Origin: Hyphomonas sp.
GTDB lineage: Bacteria; Pseudomonadota; Alphaproteobacteria; Caulobacterales; Hyphomonadaceae
NCBI GenBank assembly: GCA_046293935.1
Contig: JBKBJF010000001.1
Coordinates: 58,279 to 122,278, forward strand
DNA: 64,000 nt
Reading direction: 5' to 3'
A program made the position numbers and the translations under genes. Below the pieces are notes generated by a model. That model saw nothing but the letters and a program-made list of their open reading frames with translations. It made no database searches and was not told the DNA's origin. Below are positions 1 to 10,076 of the stretch, one piece after another. Numbering within the stretch: the first letter of the stretch is position 1; each line of letters starts with the position of its first letter.

Positions 1-781
1 TCCGGATACGGAGGTGCTGCGTATCATCGCCCCCGAAACGCTGGACACTCCGTTCGGCCCTGCGAGCCTGAAACCTGACGTGCGGTTGCAGTTGCTGAAG
101 TCGCCCGGGCTGGAGACGATCATCGCGGCCGGTGAAGGCGCCCTGCTGGCGTATGACCCGCAGCGTAATCTGTACATCCTTTCGGACCCGGATGTGTTCC
201 ACACCTTCGGCCTGGCGCAGCGCGAGAATGCCCGGTTCGCCTTACAGCTGATCGACTTTCTCCGGCATGATCCCGCCGAACCGATCCTGATCGATGCGAG
301 CCTGCATGGATTTCAGCGTTCGGAAAACCTGCTCAAGATGATGTTTTCCGCGCCCTATGTCGGGGCAACGCTTGTCGCGCTGGCATCAGCCCTGCTGCTG
401 GGATGGGCAGCGCTGATCCGGTTCGGGCCATCCTCACGGGAGGCACGGGCCATCGCCCTCGGCAAGCAGGCGCTCGCGGACAATTCCGCCGGCCTGGTCA
501 CCATGGCGCGCCGCGAACCGCAGATGGCACCGGGCTTCCTGACGCTGGTGCGCCGCCGCCTGGCTCGCGAGATTGGCGCGCCGCGTTCCCTGAGCGAGGC
601 GCAGCTGTCCGACATGTTTGACCGGCTGGGGCCCGCACCCGAAACCGGACGTAGCTTTTCACAGATGGAGGCGGGCCTGAAACAGCCCGCCGCCAGCCGC
701 GATGACCTGATGACAAAAGTCCGGGAGCTGTATCGCTGGCGCAAGGAGATCATCAGGAGAACCATCCATGAGCGTGACTGA
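1..781 (+). CDS. DUF4350-like membrane protein, 5' part outside the window
   Basis: Frame is open from the window edge. C-terminal TM segment followed by 'LADNSAGL...R'. Overlaps the MoxR start, as is typical for this operon. Confidence 0.65.
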   Translation, partial: PDTEVLRIIAPETLDTPFGPASLKPDVRLQLLKSPGLETIIAAGEGALLAYDPQRNLYILSDPDVFHTFGLAQRENARFALQLIDFLRHDPAEPILIDASLHGFQRSENLLKMMFSAPYVGATLVALASALLLGWAALIRFGPSSREARAIALGKQALADNSAGLVTMARREPQMAPGFLTLVRRRLAREIGAPRSLSEAQLSDMFDRLGPAPETGRSFSQMEAGLKQPAASRDDLMTKVRELYRWRKEIIRRTIHERD

Positions 782-1724
782 CATCCGCAATCTTGCCGAC
801 CGTATCCGAAGCGAGGTGCGCAAGGCCATCGTCGGGCAGGATACGGCTGTCGACCTTCTGCTGGTTGCACTGTTCTCGTCCGGACACGTCCTTCTGGAAG
901 GTCCGCCGGGAACAGCCAAAACCCTGCTTGCACAGTGTTTCTCCAAAGCCATCTCCCTGCAGTTTGGCCGCATTCAGTTCACCCCTGACCTGATGCCAGG
1001 GGATGTTCTGGGTACGAATCTTTTCAATTTCCAGACCAACACGTTCAGCTTGACCAAAGGGCCGATCTTCACGGACATCCTGCTGGCTGACGAAATCAAC
1101 CGCACGCCGCCAAAGACGCAGGCTGCCTTGCTGGAAGCGATGCAGGAGCGCAAGGTGACCATTGACGGCGAAAGCTATCCGCTGAACCCGCGTTTCACGG
1201 TGATCGCGACCCAGAATCCGATCGAGCAGCAGGGCACCTATCCCTTGCCCGAGGCCCAGCTTGACCGGTTCCTGTTCAAGCATACGGTGGATTATCCAAG
1301 CCGCGAGGAAGAGATCCGGATCGTGGCCCAGCATGGCTCCCGAACCGGCATGAAGACTCCTGAAGGGTTCGGCATCCAGCCGGTCGTCTCGCAGGGCGAC
1401 CTGGATGCGGCCGCTGAGGCGGTTGCCGGCGCACGGATCAAGGATGACATCATCGCCTATATCGTCGACATCATCCGGGCCACCCGCACCAGCCCGGCCC
1501 TCGAAGCCGGGGCCAGCCCGCGGGCAGCTGCGGCGCTGGCCACGGCGGCCCGCGCCCGCGCCGCGCTGGACGGGCGCGATTTCGTGATCCCGGACGATGT
1601 AAAGACCCTCGCGCTGGCTACCCTGCGCCACCGCGTGCTGCTCTCGCCGGCTGCGGACATCGAAGGCCGAACGACGGAGGAGACCCTGATCGGCATCATC
1701 GAACAGACGGCGGCCCCCCGGTGA
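768..1724 (+). CDS. moxR: MoxR family AAA+ ATPase
   Basis: [13 protein letters not shown] Walker [21 protein letters not shown] Walker [23 protein letters not shown]. Confidence 0.95.
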   Translation: MSVTDIRNLADRIRSEVRKAIVGQDTAVDLLLVALFSSGHVLLEGPPGTAKTLLAQCFSKAISLQFGRIQFTPDLMPGDVLGTNLFNFQTNTFSLTKGPIFTDILLADEINRTPPKTQAALLEAMQERKVTIDGESYPLNPRFTVIATQNPIEQQGTYPLPEAQLDRFLFKHTVDYPSREEEIRIVAQHGSRTGMKTPEGFGIQPVVSQGDLDAAAEAVAGARIKDDIIAYIVDIIRATRTSPALEAGASPRAAAALATAARARAALDGRDFVIPDDVKTLALATLRHRVLLSPAADIEGRTTEETLIGIIEQTAAPR

Positions 1725-3034
1725 TCTCGCCAACGCTACGCGCAATATTCCTGATGCTGGCCGGACTGCCGCTGATGGTGGCTATCGCCTTACTGCGGCC
1801 TGAGCTGTGGATCGTCTCTGCGGGCTGGATCGCGGCGGTTGTGTCACTGATCGCCGTGGACACGCTTCTTTCTGCCTCTGTGCGCCACTACAAGGTAAAG
1901 GTGAGTCTGCCTTCCCTTCTCTATGTCGGCAGCGAAGATAAGGCAGAGCTGGATCTGAGTTTTACACAGGGGCCGCTGCCGGAGCGGATCGAGATCCAGC
2001 TCGAGACCAATGCCTTGCTGCCGCCACCTGACCCTCAGGGGCTGCGGGGCTGGGATGGGCGCACGCGCCCGCACGCGATTCCTCTGACCGCTTCCCGGCG
2101 CGGCCTTGCCGGAGTGATCCGCCTCTGGAGCCGATGGAAAGGGCCGCTCGGACTGATCCAGAAACGCCACATCCAGCCCCTGAACCTGCAGGTGCCGGTG
2201 ACCCCCAATATCCGCTGGGTCCGCGACGAAGCAATCCGCCTGTATTCGCGCGACGCCGAATTCGGCATCAAGACGCAGATCGAGCGCGGCGATGGCAGCG
2301 AGTTCGATGCCCTGCGCGAGTTTGCTTCGGGCATGGACCGGCGCGCCATCGACTGGAAGCATTCCGCCCGCCACCGGCACCTCCTGGCCAAGGAATTCAA
2401 GACCGAACGCAACCATAATATCGTCTTTGCCTTCGATACCGGACGGCTGATGAGCGAGCCGCTCGGCGGCGTGCCCAAGATCGACCGCGCCGTCACCGCC
2501 GGCCTGCTGCTCGCCTATGTCTCGTTGCGCAGCGGCGACCGGGCGATGCTTTACGGGTTCTCTGCCCGTCCGGGTGTCAGCAGCGGCTTCCTGACCGGCA
2601 CGAGCAGTTTTCCAAAGGCCCAGACGCTGGCGGCTGAACTCGATTATTCGGATGACGAAGCAAACTTCACGCTTGCTCTCTCGAGTCTGGCCGGCCGGCT
2701 AGAGCGGCGCAGCCTGATCATTATCTTCTCGGACTTCGTGGATACGATCTCGGCGGAGCTGATGCTGGAGAACGTGAAGCGATTGACCGACCGCCATCTC
2801 GTGCTGTTCGCCACGTTCGAGGATGCAGCGCTGTCGCAGTTTGCCGATGCCCCGCCGGAAACCGCACAGGACGTCGCCCGTGCCGTGATCGCGGACACGC
2901 TGCTGGCAGAGCGCGATGTCGTATTCCGGCGCCTTCAGCGCATGGGCGTGCAGATCATCGAGACGAAGCCCGAAGAGTTCGGCGCCGAACTGGTCTCGCG
3001 CTACCTGCAGATCAAGCGGAGAGACATGCTGTGA
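1721..3034 (+). CDS. DUF58 / VWA-like protein
   Basis: [20 protein letters not shown] is the DUF58 signature. N-terminal TM helices. GTGA overlap with moxR. Confidence 0.9.
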   Translation: MISPTLRAIFLMLAGLPLMVAIALLRPELWIVSAGWIAAVVSLIAVDTLLSASVRHYKVKVSLPSLLYVGSEDKAELDLSFTQGPLPERIEIQLETNALLPPPDPQGLRGWDGRTRPHAIPLTASRRGLAGVIRLWSRWKGPLGLIQKRHIQPLNLQVPVTPNIRWVRDEAIRLYSRDAEFGIKTQIERGDGSEFDALREFASGMDRRAIDWKHSARHRHLLAKEFKTERNHNIVFAFDTGRLMSEPLGGVPKIDRAVTAGLLLAYVSLRSGDRAMLYGFSARPGVSSGFLTGTSSFPKAQTLAAELDYSDDEANFTLALSSLAGRLERRSLIIIFSDFVDTISAELMLENVKRLTDRHLVLFATFEDAALSQFADAPPETAQDVARAVIADTLLAERDVVFRRLQRMGVQIIETKPEEFGAELVSRYLQIKRRDML

Positions 3035-4029
3035 GTGGCGATCTCCTCAAATCCTACCGCTTCCGGGAAGAACGCCAGGCTGACTGGCAGAAGCTGGACC
3101 TGATTCTGACCCGTGCCGAGAATGGCGGCGTGAAAAGCCTGACCGATGAACAGATGCTGGCCCTGCCCCGCCTCTATCGCCAGGCCGTATCCTCACTGTC
3201 GGTCGCACGTTCTATCTCGCTCGACCAGAATGTCATCACCTATCTCGAGAGCCTGTGCACACGCGCCTACTTCTTCGTCTATGGCGCACGCACGACCGTC
3301 GGGGAGCGGATGATGCAGTTCCTGCGGCGCGACTGGCCACAGTCTGTTGCCACGGCGCTATGGCCAACCCTGCTCTCAGCATTCTTCTTCTTCGGCGGAG
3401 GCGCCCTCGCCTTTTTCCTGTGCCTGCAGGACATGGACTGGTTCTGGACGATCAATGGTCAGAACTTCCTGGATGGCCGGAACCCGGATGCCACTACCGA
3501 CTATTTGCGCAGCACGCTCTATACGCAGGACCATGGCGATGGCGAACTTTCCGCCTTCTCCAGTTACCTGTTCAACAACAATGCCCAGATCGCGCTGTTC
3601 GCTTTCGCCCTCGGATTTGCCTTCGGCATACCAACCGCCTGGTTGCTGATCTTCAACGGCATCATGATCGGCTCAATGTATGCGGTGTTCTGGGACAAAG
3701 GGCTTGGCTTCGAGTTCACAGGCTGGCTGCTGATCCATGGCGTTACAGAACTTTTTGCCATCGTGCTGGCAGGTGCAGCAGGTTTCATCATCGGCGGAGC
3801 TGTTGCCTTTCCGGGCAACCGGACACGGCTTGCCTCGGCGCGTGTGGCCGGACAAAAAGCCGCGACCATCGCGATGGGATGCGTCATCATGCTGATTATC
3901 GCGGCCCTTCTGGAAGGTTTCGGCCGCCAGCTGATCAATTCCGACCTCGTCCGATATACGATTGCCGTCAGCACGCTCGTCTTCTGGCTCGGGTATTTCT
4001 ATCTGCCCCGGAAGGAGACGTCTCTGTGA
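3031..4029 (+). CDS. Stage II sporulation protein M (SpoIIM/DUF95) family membrane protein
   Basis: LYRQAVSSLSVAR, FNNN, LIHGVTELFAIVLAGAAG and AALLEGF motifs; multi-TM. Confidence 0.9.
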   Translation: MSGDLLKSYRFREERQADWQKLDLILTRAENGGVKSLTDEQMLALPRLYRQAVSSLSVARSISLDQNVITYLESLCTRAYFFVYGARTTVGERMMQFLRRDWPQSVATALWPTLLSAFFFFGGGALAFFLCLQDMDWFWTINGQNFLDGRNPDATTDYLRSTLYTQDHGDGELSAFSSYLFNNNAQIALFAFALGFAFGIPTAWLLIFNGIMIGSMYAVFWDKGLGFEFTGWLLIHGVTELFAIVLAGAAGFIIGGAVAFPGNRTRLASARVAGQKAATIAMGCVIMLIIAALLEGFGRQLINSDLVRYTIAVSTLVFWLGYFYLPRKETSL

Positions 4030-4961
4030 CCCCGGCACCTGCCCGTCCCGGCATCAGCATGGAAGCAGCTGTGCAGCGCCGGGCGCGCATGGCTGAGGAA
4101 ATGCGCCTGGCAAAGCGGGTCCGCCGTCTGGTGACGCCCGAAGGCGCCGTGATTCAGCTGAAACTCGGCACAGCGGGTGAACGGGCGGGTGCGTTCATGA
4201 TCGATGTCGCCATCCAGTGGGCTATCGTCATCGCCACTCTTTTCGGCCTTGGCTATATTGCCAGTGTGGTCAGCCCCGGCAGCGGGAATGTGGCCTTTGC
4301 CTTCTGGCTCGTGTTCTTCTTCTTTGTCAGGAATTTCTATTACATCTTCTTCGAGATCGGCCAGCGCGCAGCCACACCCGGCAAGCGCATCCTCGGCCTG
4401 CGCGTTGCCGCGCGTGACGGCGGGCGGCTGACGGCCAATGCCGTTCTTGCGCGCAATTTCATCCGCGAAATCGAAGTGGGCCTGCCGATCCAGTTCGCAC
4501 TCATGGGCGCGAGTGACAGCTTTGGGGCCTGGATGGCGCTGTTTGGCCTGCTCTGGTCCGGTGTGTTCCTGCTGTTTCCGGTATTTAATCGCGACAAGAT
4601 GCGTGTGGGCGACCTGATCGCAGGAACCTGGGTGATCAAGGCGCCCAGGGCGCGGCTGATGGATGATATTGCCTCTGCCGCCACCGTCGCGGACTCAGGC
4701 GCGAGATTTGTGTTCACCCCTCAGCAGGCGGATGCTTACGGCATTCATGAGCTGCATGTACTCGAGGATGTGCTTCGTCAGTCCACGGCAGACATCAAGG
4801 CACAGGTCGCGGCCCGTATCCGGGTAAAAATCGGCTGGACGAAAACAGATGGCGAGACAGATCTTGCCTTCCTGGAAGCCTACTATGCCGCGCTGCGGCG
4901 CCGGCTGGAGCAGCGTATGCTTCTGGGTGAACGCAAGGCCGACAAGTACGATACGCGTTAG
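4026..4961 (+). CDS. RDD family protein
   Basis: VTPEG, ERAGAFMID, ATPGKRILGLRV, RVGDLIAGTWVI. Start reset to the GTG at 4026, which overlaps the upstream stop; the track ORF from 3255 is over-extended. Confidence 0.88.
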   Translation: MTPAPARPGISMEAAVQRRARMAEEMRLAKRVRRLVTPEGAVIQLKLGTAGERAGAFMIDVAIQWAIVIATLFGLGYIASVVSPGSGNVAFAFWLVFFFFVRNFYYIFFEIGQRAATPGKRILGLRVAARDGGRLTANAVLARNFIREIEVGLPIQFALMGASDSFGAWMALFGLLWSGVFLLFPVFNRDKMRVGDLIAGTWVIKAPRARLMDDIASAATVADSGARFVFTPQQADAYGIHELHVLEDVLRQSTADIKAQVAARIRVKIGWTKTDGETDLAFLEAYYAALRRRLEQRMLLGERKADKYDTR

Positions 4962-6070
4962 CGCACAACGATTCCGAGACGCGTGCGTAAAAAACGGCCC
5001 GTGGCAGCGAGCCAGGCCGGCCGCGCTTTCGGATCCATCTTCCAGCGCAGGAGCTGCCGTCTCGCTGCCGCAGGCAGAAGCCCCATAAGCGTCCACCAGA
5101 CCTTGCGGGAAAGCCTTGCTTTTACACTTTCGCCTTCGATCCTGACGGCTTTCGCCAACTGCACGACATGGCTGATACTGTCGCCCTGTATCGGGTGTTC
5201 GGCCGGGGCGAAGCTCAGTGAGACGATGCGGTCATTCAGGTGCTCGAGATCGGCATCGCCAAGATTGTCAGCCACCGGAAGGCCGAGACGCCCGCCATGT
5301 GCCCGGATGGCTGCATAGCGGTCATGGTCGTGCTTCAGCCCCTTACGGGCCCGCGCGCCAAGATCGGTCTGCACCTTCCAGTTCTGCGCCGTGTGCAGGC
5401 GATAGGCGGCCAGCGGTTCATCATGGCTGCGGACGGGACCATACAGCGGGATAACGGAGACCAGATAGCCGTCTGCACTGATGCGGAACGCTGCCGGATC
5501 AACAGGCATTACCCTCTCGAGAGCTTGCCGGGAAAAGATCAGACCGGAGGTCACGTTCGCGGTGTAGCGCCCCTGTTCGCGCAACTGCCGGGAAACGTCA
5601 CCGGCCGCTAATGGCACCTGCAGGGGCGGGTGCACGCCTGCGATAACCCCGGCCTCGTCCGTATAGCGCATACGGAAGTGGTGGATCAGTATACCGGGTT
5701 CATGCAGCTGAAGGGCGCGCCTGAGTCCGCCCGGAAGCACGAAATCGTCCGCATCAAGAAAGTAGATCAGGTCGCCGGTTGCCTTTTCCCAACCGGCATT
5801 GAAGCCAGCCCCCTGACCCATGTTCTGCGGCTGATAAATCGGGATGATCCGGTCGCCATAGCTGCGCATGACATCGCGCGAGTTATCCGTCGAACAATCA
5901 TCCACCACGATGATTTCAGCGCCGACATCCTCGCTCAGTACACTGTCTATGGCCTGCGCCAGATAGCGGCCGTAATTATAGCAGCCGATGATCACTGACA
6001 GGCGCGGCAGGGCTGTGGCTTCTGCGGTGCCGGTTGCGTCAGGCGGTGAGGATACCTGGTTCATGTCCAT
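4958..6070 (-). CDS. Glycosyltransferase family 2
   Basis: SVIIGCYNY, IVVDDCSTD, FLDADD. GGAG RBS before the ATG at 6070. Confidence 0.9.
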   Translation of the reverse strand: MDMNQVSSPPDATGTAEATALPRLSVIIGCYNYGRYLAQAIDSVLSEDVGAEIIVVDDCSTDNSRDVMRSYGDRIIPIYQPQNMGQGAGFNAGWEKATGDLIYFLDADDFVLPGGLRRALQLHEPGILIHHFRMRYTDEAGVIAGVHPPLQVPLAAGDVSRQLREQGRYTANVTSGLIFSRQALERVMPVDPAAFRISADGYLVSVIPLYGPVRSHDEPLAAYRLHTAQNWKVQTDLGARARKGLKHDHDRYAAIRAHGGRLGLPVADNLGDADLEHLNDRIVSLSFAPAEHPIQGDSISHVVQLAKAVRIEGESVKARLSRKVWWTLMGLLPAAARRQLLRWKMDPKARPAWLAATGRFLRTRLGIVVR

Positions 6071-6097
6071 GGTCTCCGGATGGCAGGGCAATGGCCC

Positions 6098-7111
6098 TCA
6101 GCCCGGCGGGTGCCCGGCATGCGAAGGCTCCCGCGCCCAGTCTGCCTGATGCCAGGCCAGCGCGGTGCGGATGATATTGTCGATATCGGAACGGGTGGCC
6201 ACCCAGCCGAGCTCGCGCCGGGCCTTGTCCGGCAAGGCAACAAGTTTCGCCGGATCGCCGGGACGGCGCGGGCCATACCGGCGGGGTATCTTGCGGTTTG
6301 TGCCTCGCTCCACAGCAGCCACGACCTCGGCAACACTGGTGCCGCGACCGGTGCCGAGATTGTAGGCCGTGGACGCCGCGCCTTTCTCCAGCGCGTTGAG
6401 GGCGCGCAGATGCGCGTCGGCGAGGTCTTCGACATGGATATAGTCGCGCACAGCCGTCCCGTCGGGCGTGTCGAAATCACTGCCGAGGATGGTAAACTCA
6501 TATCCCTCATCATAGGCGCCCTTCAGCGCCAGAGGAATCACATGTGTTTCGCAGGCATGGCGTTCGCCGGTCAGGGCGTCGCGATCGGCGCCGGCCGCAT
6601 TGAAATAGCGCAGCGGAATTGAGCGGATGCCGTGTGCGGCATCGAAGTCGCGCAGGATGGTTTCGACCATCAGCTTCGACATGCCATAGGGATTGATCGG
6701 TGCCTGCGGATGCGTCTCGTCGATCGTGTCCGAACGCGCATTGCCGAAGGTCGCGCAGGTCGACGAGAAGATCATGTATCCCGACTTGTGCCGGCGCATG
6801 GCTTCAAGAAGGTTCAGCGTGGCCAGCGTGTTGTTGCGGTAGTAGATGGCCGGCTCGCGAACCGATTCCGCGACGAGCGCCGAACCGGCAAAATGCGCCA
6901 CCGCATCGGGTTTGACCTGCGTGAAGGCCGCTTCGAGATCAGCAGGATTCTGAAGGTCGCCGACGATCAGCGGGCCCCATTTCACGAGGTCGCGCCAGCC
7001 GGTTGACAGGTTGTCGAACACGGTGACCTGCCAGCCCGCCTCCGCAAAGGCTCGGCAGCAATGGCTGCCGACATAGCCTGCACCACCTGTGACCAGTAAC
7101 TTACCCGGCAT
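6098..7111 (-). CDS. galE: UDP-glucose 4-epimerase
   Basis: TGGAGYVGSH, PYGMSK (YxxxK), LRYFNAAGA, DGTAVRDYIHVEDLA. Confidence 0.95.
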   Translation of the reverse strand: MPGKLLVTGGAGYVGSHCCRAFAEAGWQVTVFDNLSTGWRDLVKWGPLIVGDLQNPADLEAAFTQVKPDAVAHFAGSALVAESVREPAIYYRNNTLATLNLLEAMRRHKSGYMIFSSTCATFGNARSDTIDETHPQAPINPYGMSKLMVETILRDFDAAHGIRSIPLRYFNAAGADRDALTGERHACETHVIPLALKGAYDEGYEFTILGSDFDTPDGTAVRDYIHVEDLADAHLRALNALEKGAASTAYNLGTGRGTSVAEVVAAVERGTNRKIPRRYGPRRPGDPAKLVALPDKARRELGWVATRSDIDNIIRTALAWHQADWAREPSHAGHPPG

Positions 7112-7233
7112 ATGTATCCTCGCGCCAAACAGGAGAATGCCGCCGGCAGACGCCGCGGCAGGATCGTTTCGGCTTCATATGCAAAACCCGGTCCGCAATG
7201 CAGCCACCGGGTTGACAGGTCTGAGGGGCCGGA

Positions 7234-7350
7234 TCAGCCGAAGATAGCCGCTGCGGCCCAGATGATTGCAGCCCAGAGTCCGGCGCTGAGGCCGATAATG
7301 GTCACCAGCCGCAGCCATACCGGCCATTTTCCTTCGGTGTATTCATCCAT
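7234..7350 (-). CDS. Small single-TM protein, 38 aa (MDEYTEGKWPVWLRLVTIIGLSAGLWAAIIWAAAAIFG)
   Basis: Acidic N-terminus plus one clean hydrophobic helix. Purine-rich AGGGGCAGG upstream. Co-oriented with flanking genes in an otherwise empty gap. Confidence 0.6.
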   Translation of the reverse strand: MDEYTEGKWPVWLRLVTIIGLSAGLWAAIIWAAAAIFG

Positions 7351-7578
7351 CCGTGAATAGCCTGCCCCTGAGGACATCCTCACATTCGACGCAAAGGCGT
7401 GGCGCTCGGCCGGAATCATGGGTTCAGAACTCGACATGTAACAGACTAAAGCGGGCAAGGCTTAACGCGAAGTTTAAGCGGAACACGCCCATACGTTTCA
7501 TTATGGGAAAATGCCATGCAAATCGGGCACAATTCCGGCAGGCTCCGGGCGAATCAGCGGGCCCTGTCAGCCCGACAA

Positions 7579-8859
7579 TCAGGCAGGGTTTGGCCGAAGG
7601 CGGACATACTGCCTTTCACCGGCATGATATTTTTCCGCCAGGGCAGTGATCGGCGCGAGATAGAACAGCAGTACGAACGTGTCGAAGGTGCCCAGCATGT
7701 AGGATTCTGTGAAGGTCGAGGTCAGGATAACGGTCGAGATGGTCAGGAAGAAGGAGCTGGCCATACCCTGCGAGACGAACCAGCCCAGCACGGTGCGGAT
7801 ATAGCTCCAGGTCAATGCCGCAACCAGGCAAACGAAGCCGACCCAACCCAGCGCCACGCGCACCTCTATATAGGTGTTATGGAAGGACAGCTTCGTGCCG
7901 AATTCCTTGTGGTCAAGTTCGTTCAGCGTCTGCGCTGCGCCAGTCTCATACCGCCAGAAGCCTTCGAAACCGAGGCCCAGCCAGGGGTGCTCATCTGCGG
8001 TCCTCAGCCCCGTCTCCCAGATAATGGTCCGGTTGGTCAGCGTTGCGTCCTTTCCGAGCGCCGCGAGGAAATCATCGACCAGCGTATTCTGAGGCATCGC
8101 CAGAAAGGCGAACACTCCGGCCGAGACGAGGGCGATCAGAAAGAGCAGCACGAATGTCCGCAAATGGCGCACCCGGGCGACGGGCTGCCAGAACATCCAG
8201 AGACCAGTCATGATCAGAACACCAACGATCGAGAAGACGAGCGCGGTCGCTGAATCTGCAATCAGCATGAAGACAAGGGCAACACCCGCAACCGGCAGAG
8301 CGAACAGTCGCAGCAGGACATGCTCCTTAGCCTCGAATGCCACTGCCAGCGAAGCAATGACGCAGATCAGCATGCGGATGGCGAAGATGTTCTTGGAGCC
8401 GTAAGGCCCGCCCTTGTCAAAGGTGTTGATCAATGGCGCTGCAAAGCAGATGGCAATGATCCCGGCGAAAAATACAGCCCGCACGATCTGTTGGCGATTG
8501 AGGCGCGCCGCGATCGTCACCATGATGAAAAAGTGCAACAGCATCATTGCCCCGCCGCGCAGCGCCCCAAGAGGCTCGGGCGACCATCCGGCAGAAAACA
8601 TCCCAAGGATCGGCACGAGGGTCAGCAGCCAGCTGCGAAGGGCCAGCGGCAGGGTCGTGTCGCGGTAGACGGCGAAAAGGCCCAGGAAAGCCAGCGCGCA
8701 GGGGTAGAGGATGAATTCGTTTCCCGGGAAGACGATGAAGGTGCAGAGCACCCAGAGGGATACTATTGCCTGCTCCCACCATGCGGCCGGGCGGGTGCGG
8801 GTCGTCAGAACAGCATAGATCGGCTCTGGCGCTGCGGCGCGAAGTGGCACGGAGATCAT
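7579..8859 (-). CDS. O-antigen ligase / Wzy polysaccharide polymerase (ExoQ-like)
   Basis: Multi-TM; GSKN, LGKDATLTNRTIIW, PWLGLGFEGFW, FHNTYIE. Confidence 0.88.
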   Translation of the reverse strand: MISVPLRAAAPEPIYAVLTTRTRPAAWWEQAIVSLWVLCTFIVFPGNEFILYPCALAFLGLFAVYRDTTLPLALRSWLLTLVPILGMFSAGWSPEPLGALRGGAMMLLHFFIMVTIAARLNRQQIVRAVFFAGIIAICFAAPLINTFDKGGPYGSKNIFAIRMLICVIASLAVAFEAKEHVLLRLFALPVAGVALVFMLIADSATALVFSIVGVLIMTGLWMFWQPVARVRHLRTFVLLFLIALVSAGVFAFLAMPQNTLVDDFLAALGKDATLTNRTIIWETGLRTADEHPWLGLGFEGFWRYETGAAQTLNELDHKEFGTKLSFHNTYIEVRVALGWVGFVCLVAALTWSYIRTVLGWFVSQGMASSFFLTISTVILTSTFTESYMLGTFDTFVLLFYLAPITALAEKYHAGERQYVRLRPNPA

Positions 8860-10004
8860 GCAGCCACCCCCCGGTTCAGGCTTTCGCGCACGATGTTCGC
8901 AAGCAAACCTTTGGGCTGGATGAATGTTTCTTCCGGAAGCTGCGCGAGCGCTGCAGCACGTTCAGTGATGGGCGACCTGTCAGCGATCAGACCGGCGATC
9001 AGGCTCGGCAGTGTTTCCTCCAGAGGCTCATCGATGATGAACCCGCAGCCATGCCTCTCCAGCCATGCAGCCGTTTCGGTGCCTGCCGGCGCGATTGATG
9101 GCGTGCAGTAGTACCCGCCCTCATAAATCCGGTTCGGCAGAAGCCACACGGAGTTGAATCCGGCCTCCATGAAATCCCCTGCCCAGACGACATCCAGCGC
9201 TTCATAAATCCCGGCGAGATCTTCTGGCGCACGGTAGCGGCCGAAATAGGTCATGTTCGCGCGTGCTTCGATCGCCGGCTCAAACCCGGCGATCTCGGTC
9301 CGTGCCGGCAGCCCATGCAGGCGTATTTCAAGGGTTTCTGGAAAGCGATCGGCCAGCTGGCAAAGAAGGCCGAGAGAACGCTGGCAGCGCAGATTGCCAA
9401 CCCAGCCCAGACGCAGCGGACGCGGGGAAAGCAAGGACAAAGATTTCTGCGCACAGGCGCGCGGGCCATAATCCGTGTCCGGAGCAAGCCGGTTCTCGAC
9501 GAGAAATGCCCGGAACGCGCCAGGATAGCGCTTCTCGAAATGATTCCGGATGAAACCCGGCGAAGACACGACAAGCCCGGCGGAGCGCTTCAGCAGCATA
9601 CATTCCAGTCCGCGCATGCCTGCCCCGATGATGTCCGGCCGTGTCAGCAGCCTGTGAACGTCCAGGCTCTCATAGATCACCGGTGTGGCCAGTCGCGCGT
9701 GACGTTTGGCCAGAAAAGCACAGGCCAGCATGTCGAGATTGCGCGCATAGATCACATCGCATGCGGCCAGCTTGTCGATGTGCGTGGCAGCGATGCGTGC
9801 GCCGGCGAATATCTGCAGGATACGGTTCAGGAACGCTCCGTCGCGCGTCTCGCCGAGATCAATGTTCTCCCAGTCGAGCTGACCTGGATCGCGGCGGCGC
9901 ATCATGAATCCGATGACCTCGACGCCGTCCTCAACAAAACCCTTTACGCGCCGGCGCACGGCAGCATCGGCAGCATCATGACCGAAGAAGGCAATCCGGG
10001 TCAT
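8856..10004 (-). CDS. ExoL-like glycosyltransferase
   Basis: HDAADAAVRRRV, YARNLDML, YESLDVHRLL, VENRL, GNLRCQRS and NSVWLLPNRIYEG resemble succinoglycan ExoL. Confidence 0.8.
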   Translation of the reverse strand: MTRIAFFGHDAADAAVRRRVKGFVEDGVEVIGFMMRRRDPGQLDWENIDLGETRDGAFLNRILQIFAGARIAATHIDKLAACDVIYARNLDMLACAFLAKRHARLATPVIYESLDVHRLLTRPDIIGAGMRGLECMLLKRSAGLVVSSPGFIRNHFEKRYPGAFRAFLVENRLAPDTDYGPRACAQKSLSLLSPRPLRLGWVGNLRCQRSLGLLCQLADRFPETLEIRLHGLPARTEIAGFEPAIEARANMTYFGRYRAPEDLAGIYEALDVVWAGDFMEAGFNSVWLLPNRIYEGGYYCTPSIAPAGTETAAWLERHGCGFIIDEPLEETLPSLIAGLIADRSPITERAAALAQLPEETFIQPKGLLANIVRESLNRGVAA

Positions 10005-10076
10005 CCTGTTGCGTCCTGTCTTTCCGGTCAGCCCCGCAGAGAAGTCCGCTGGGATCCTCTACTGGCTGCACCGGCA

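Noticed and set aside
3255-4025. Long N-terminal extension of the RDD ORF overlapping spoIIM
   Set aside because: Alternative frame of spoIIM with R/P-rich, non-protein-like composition. A coupled GTG start exists at 4026.
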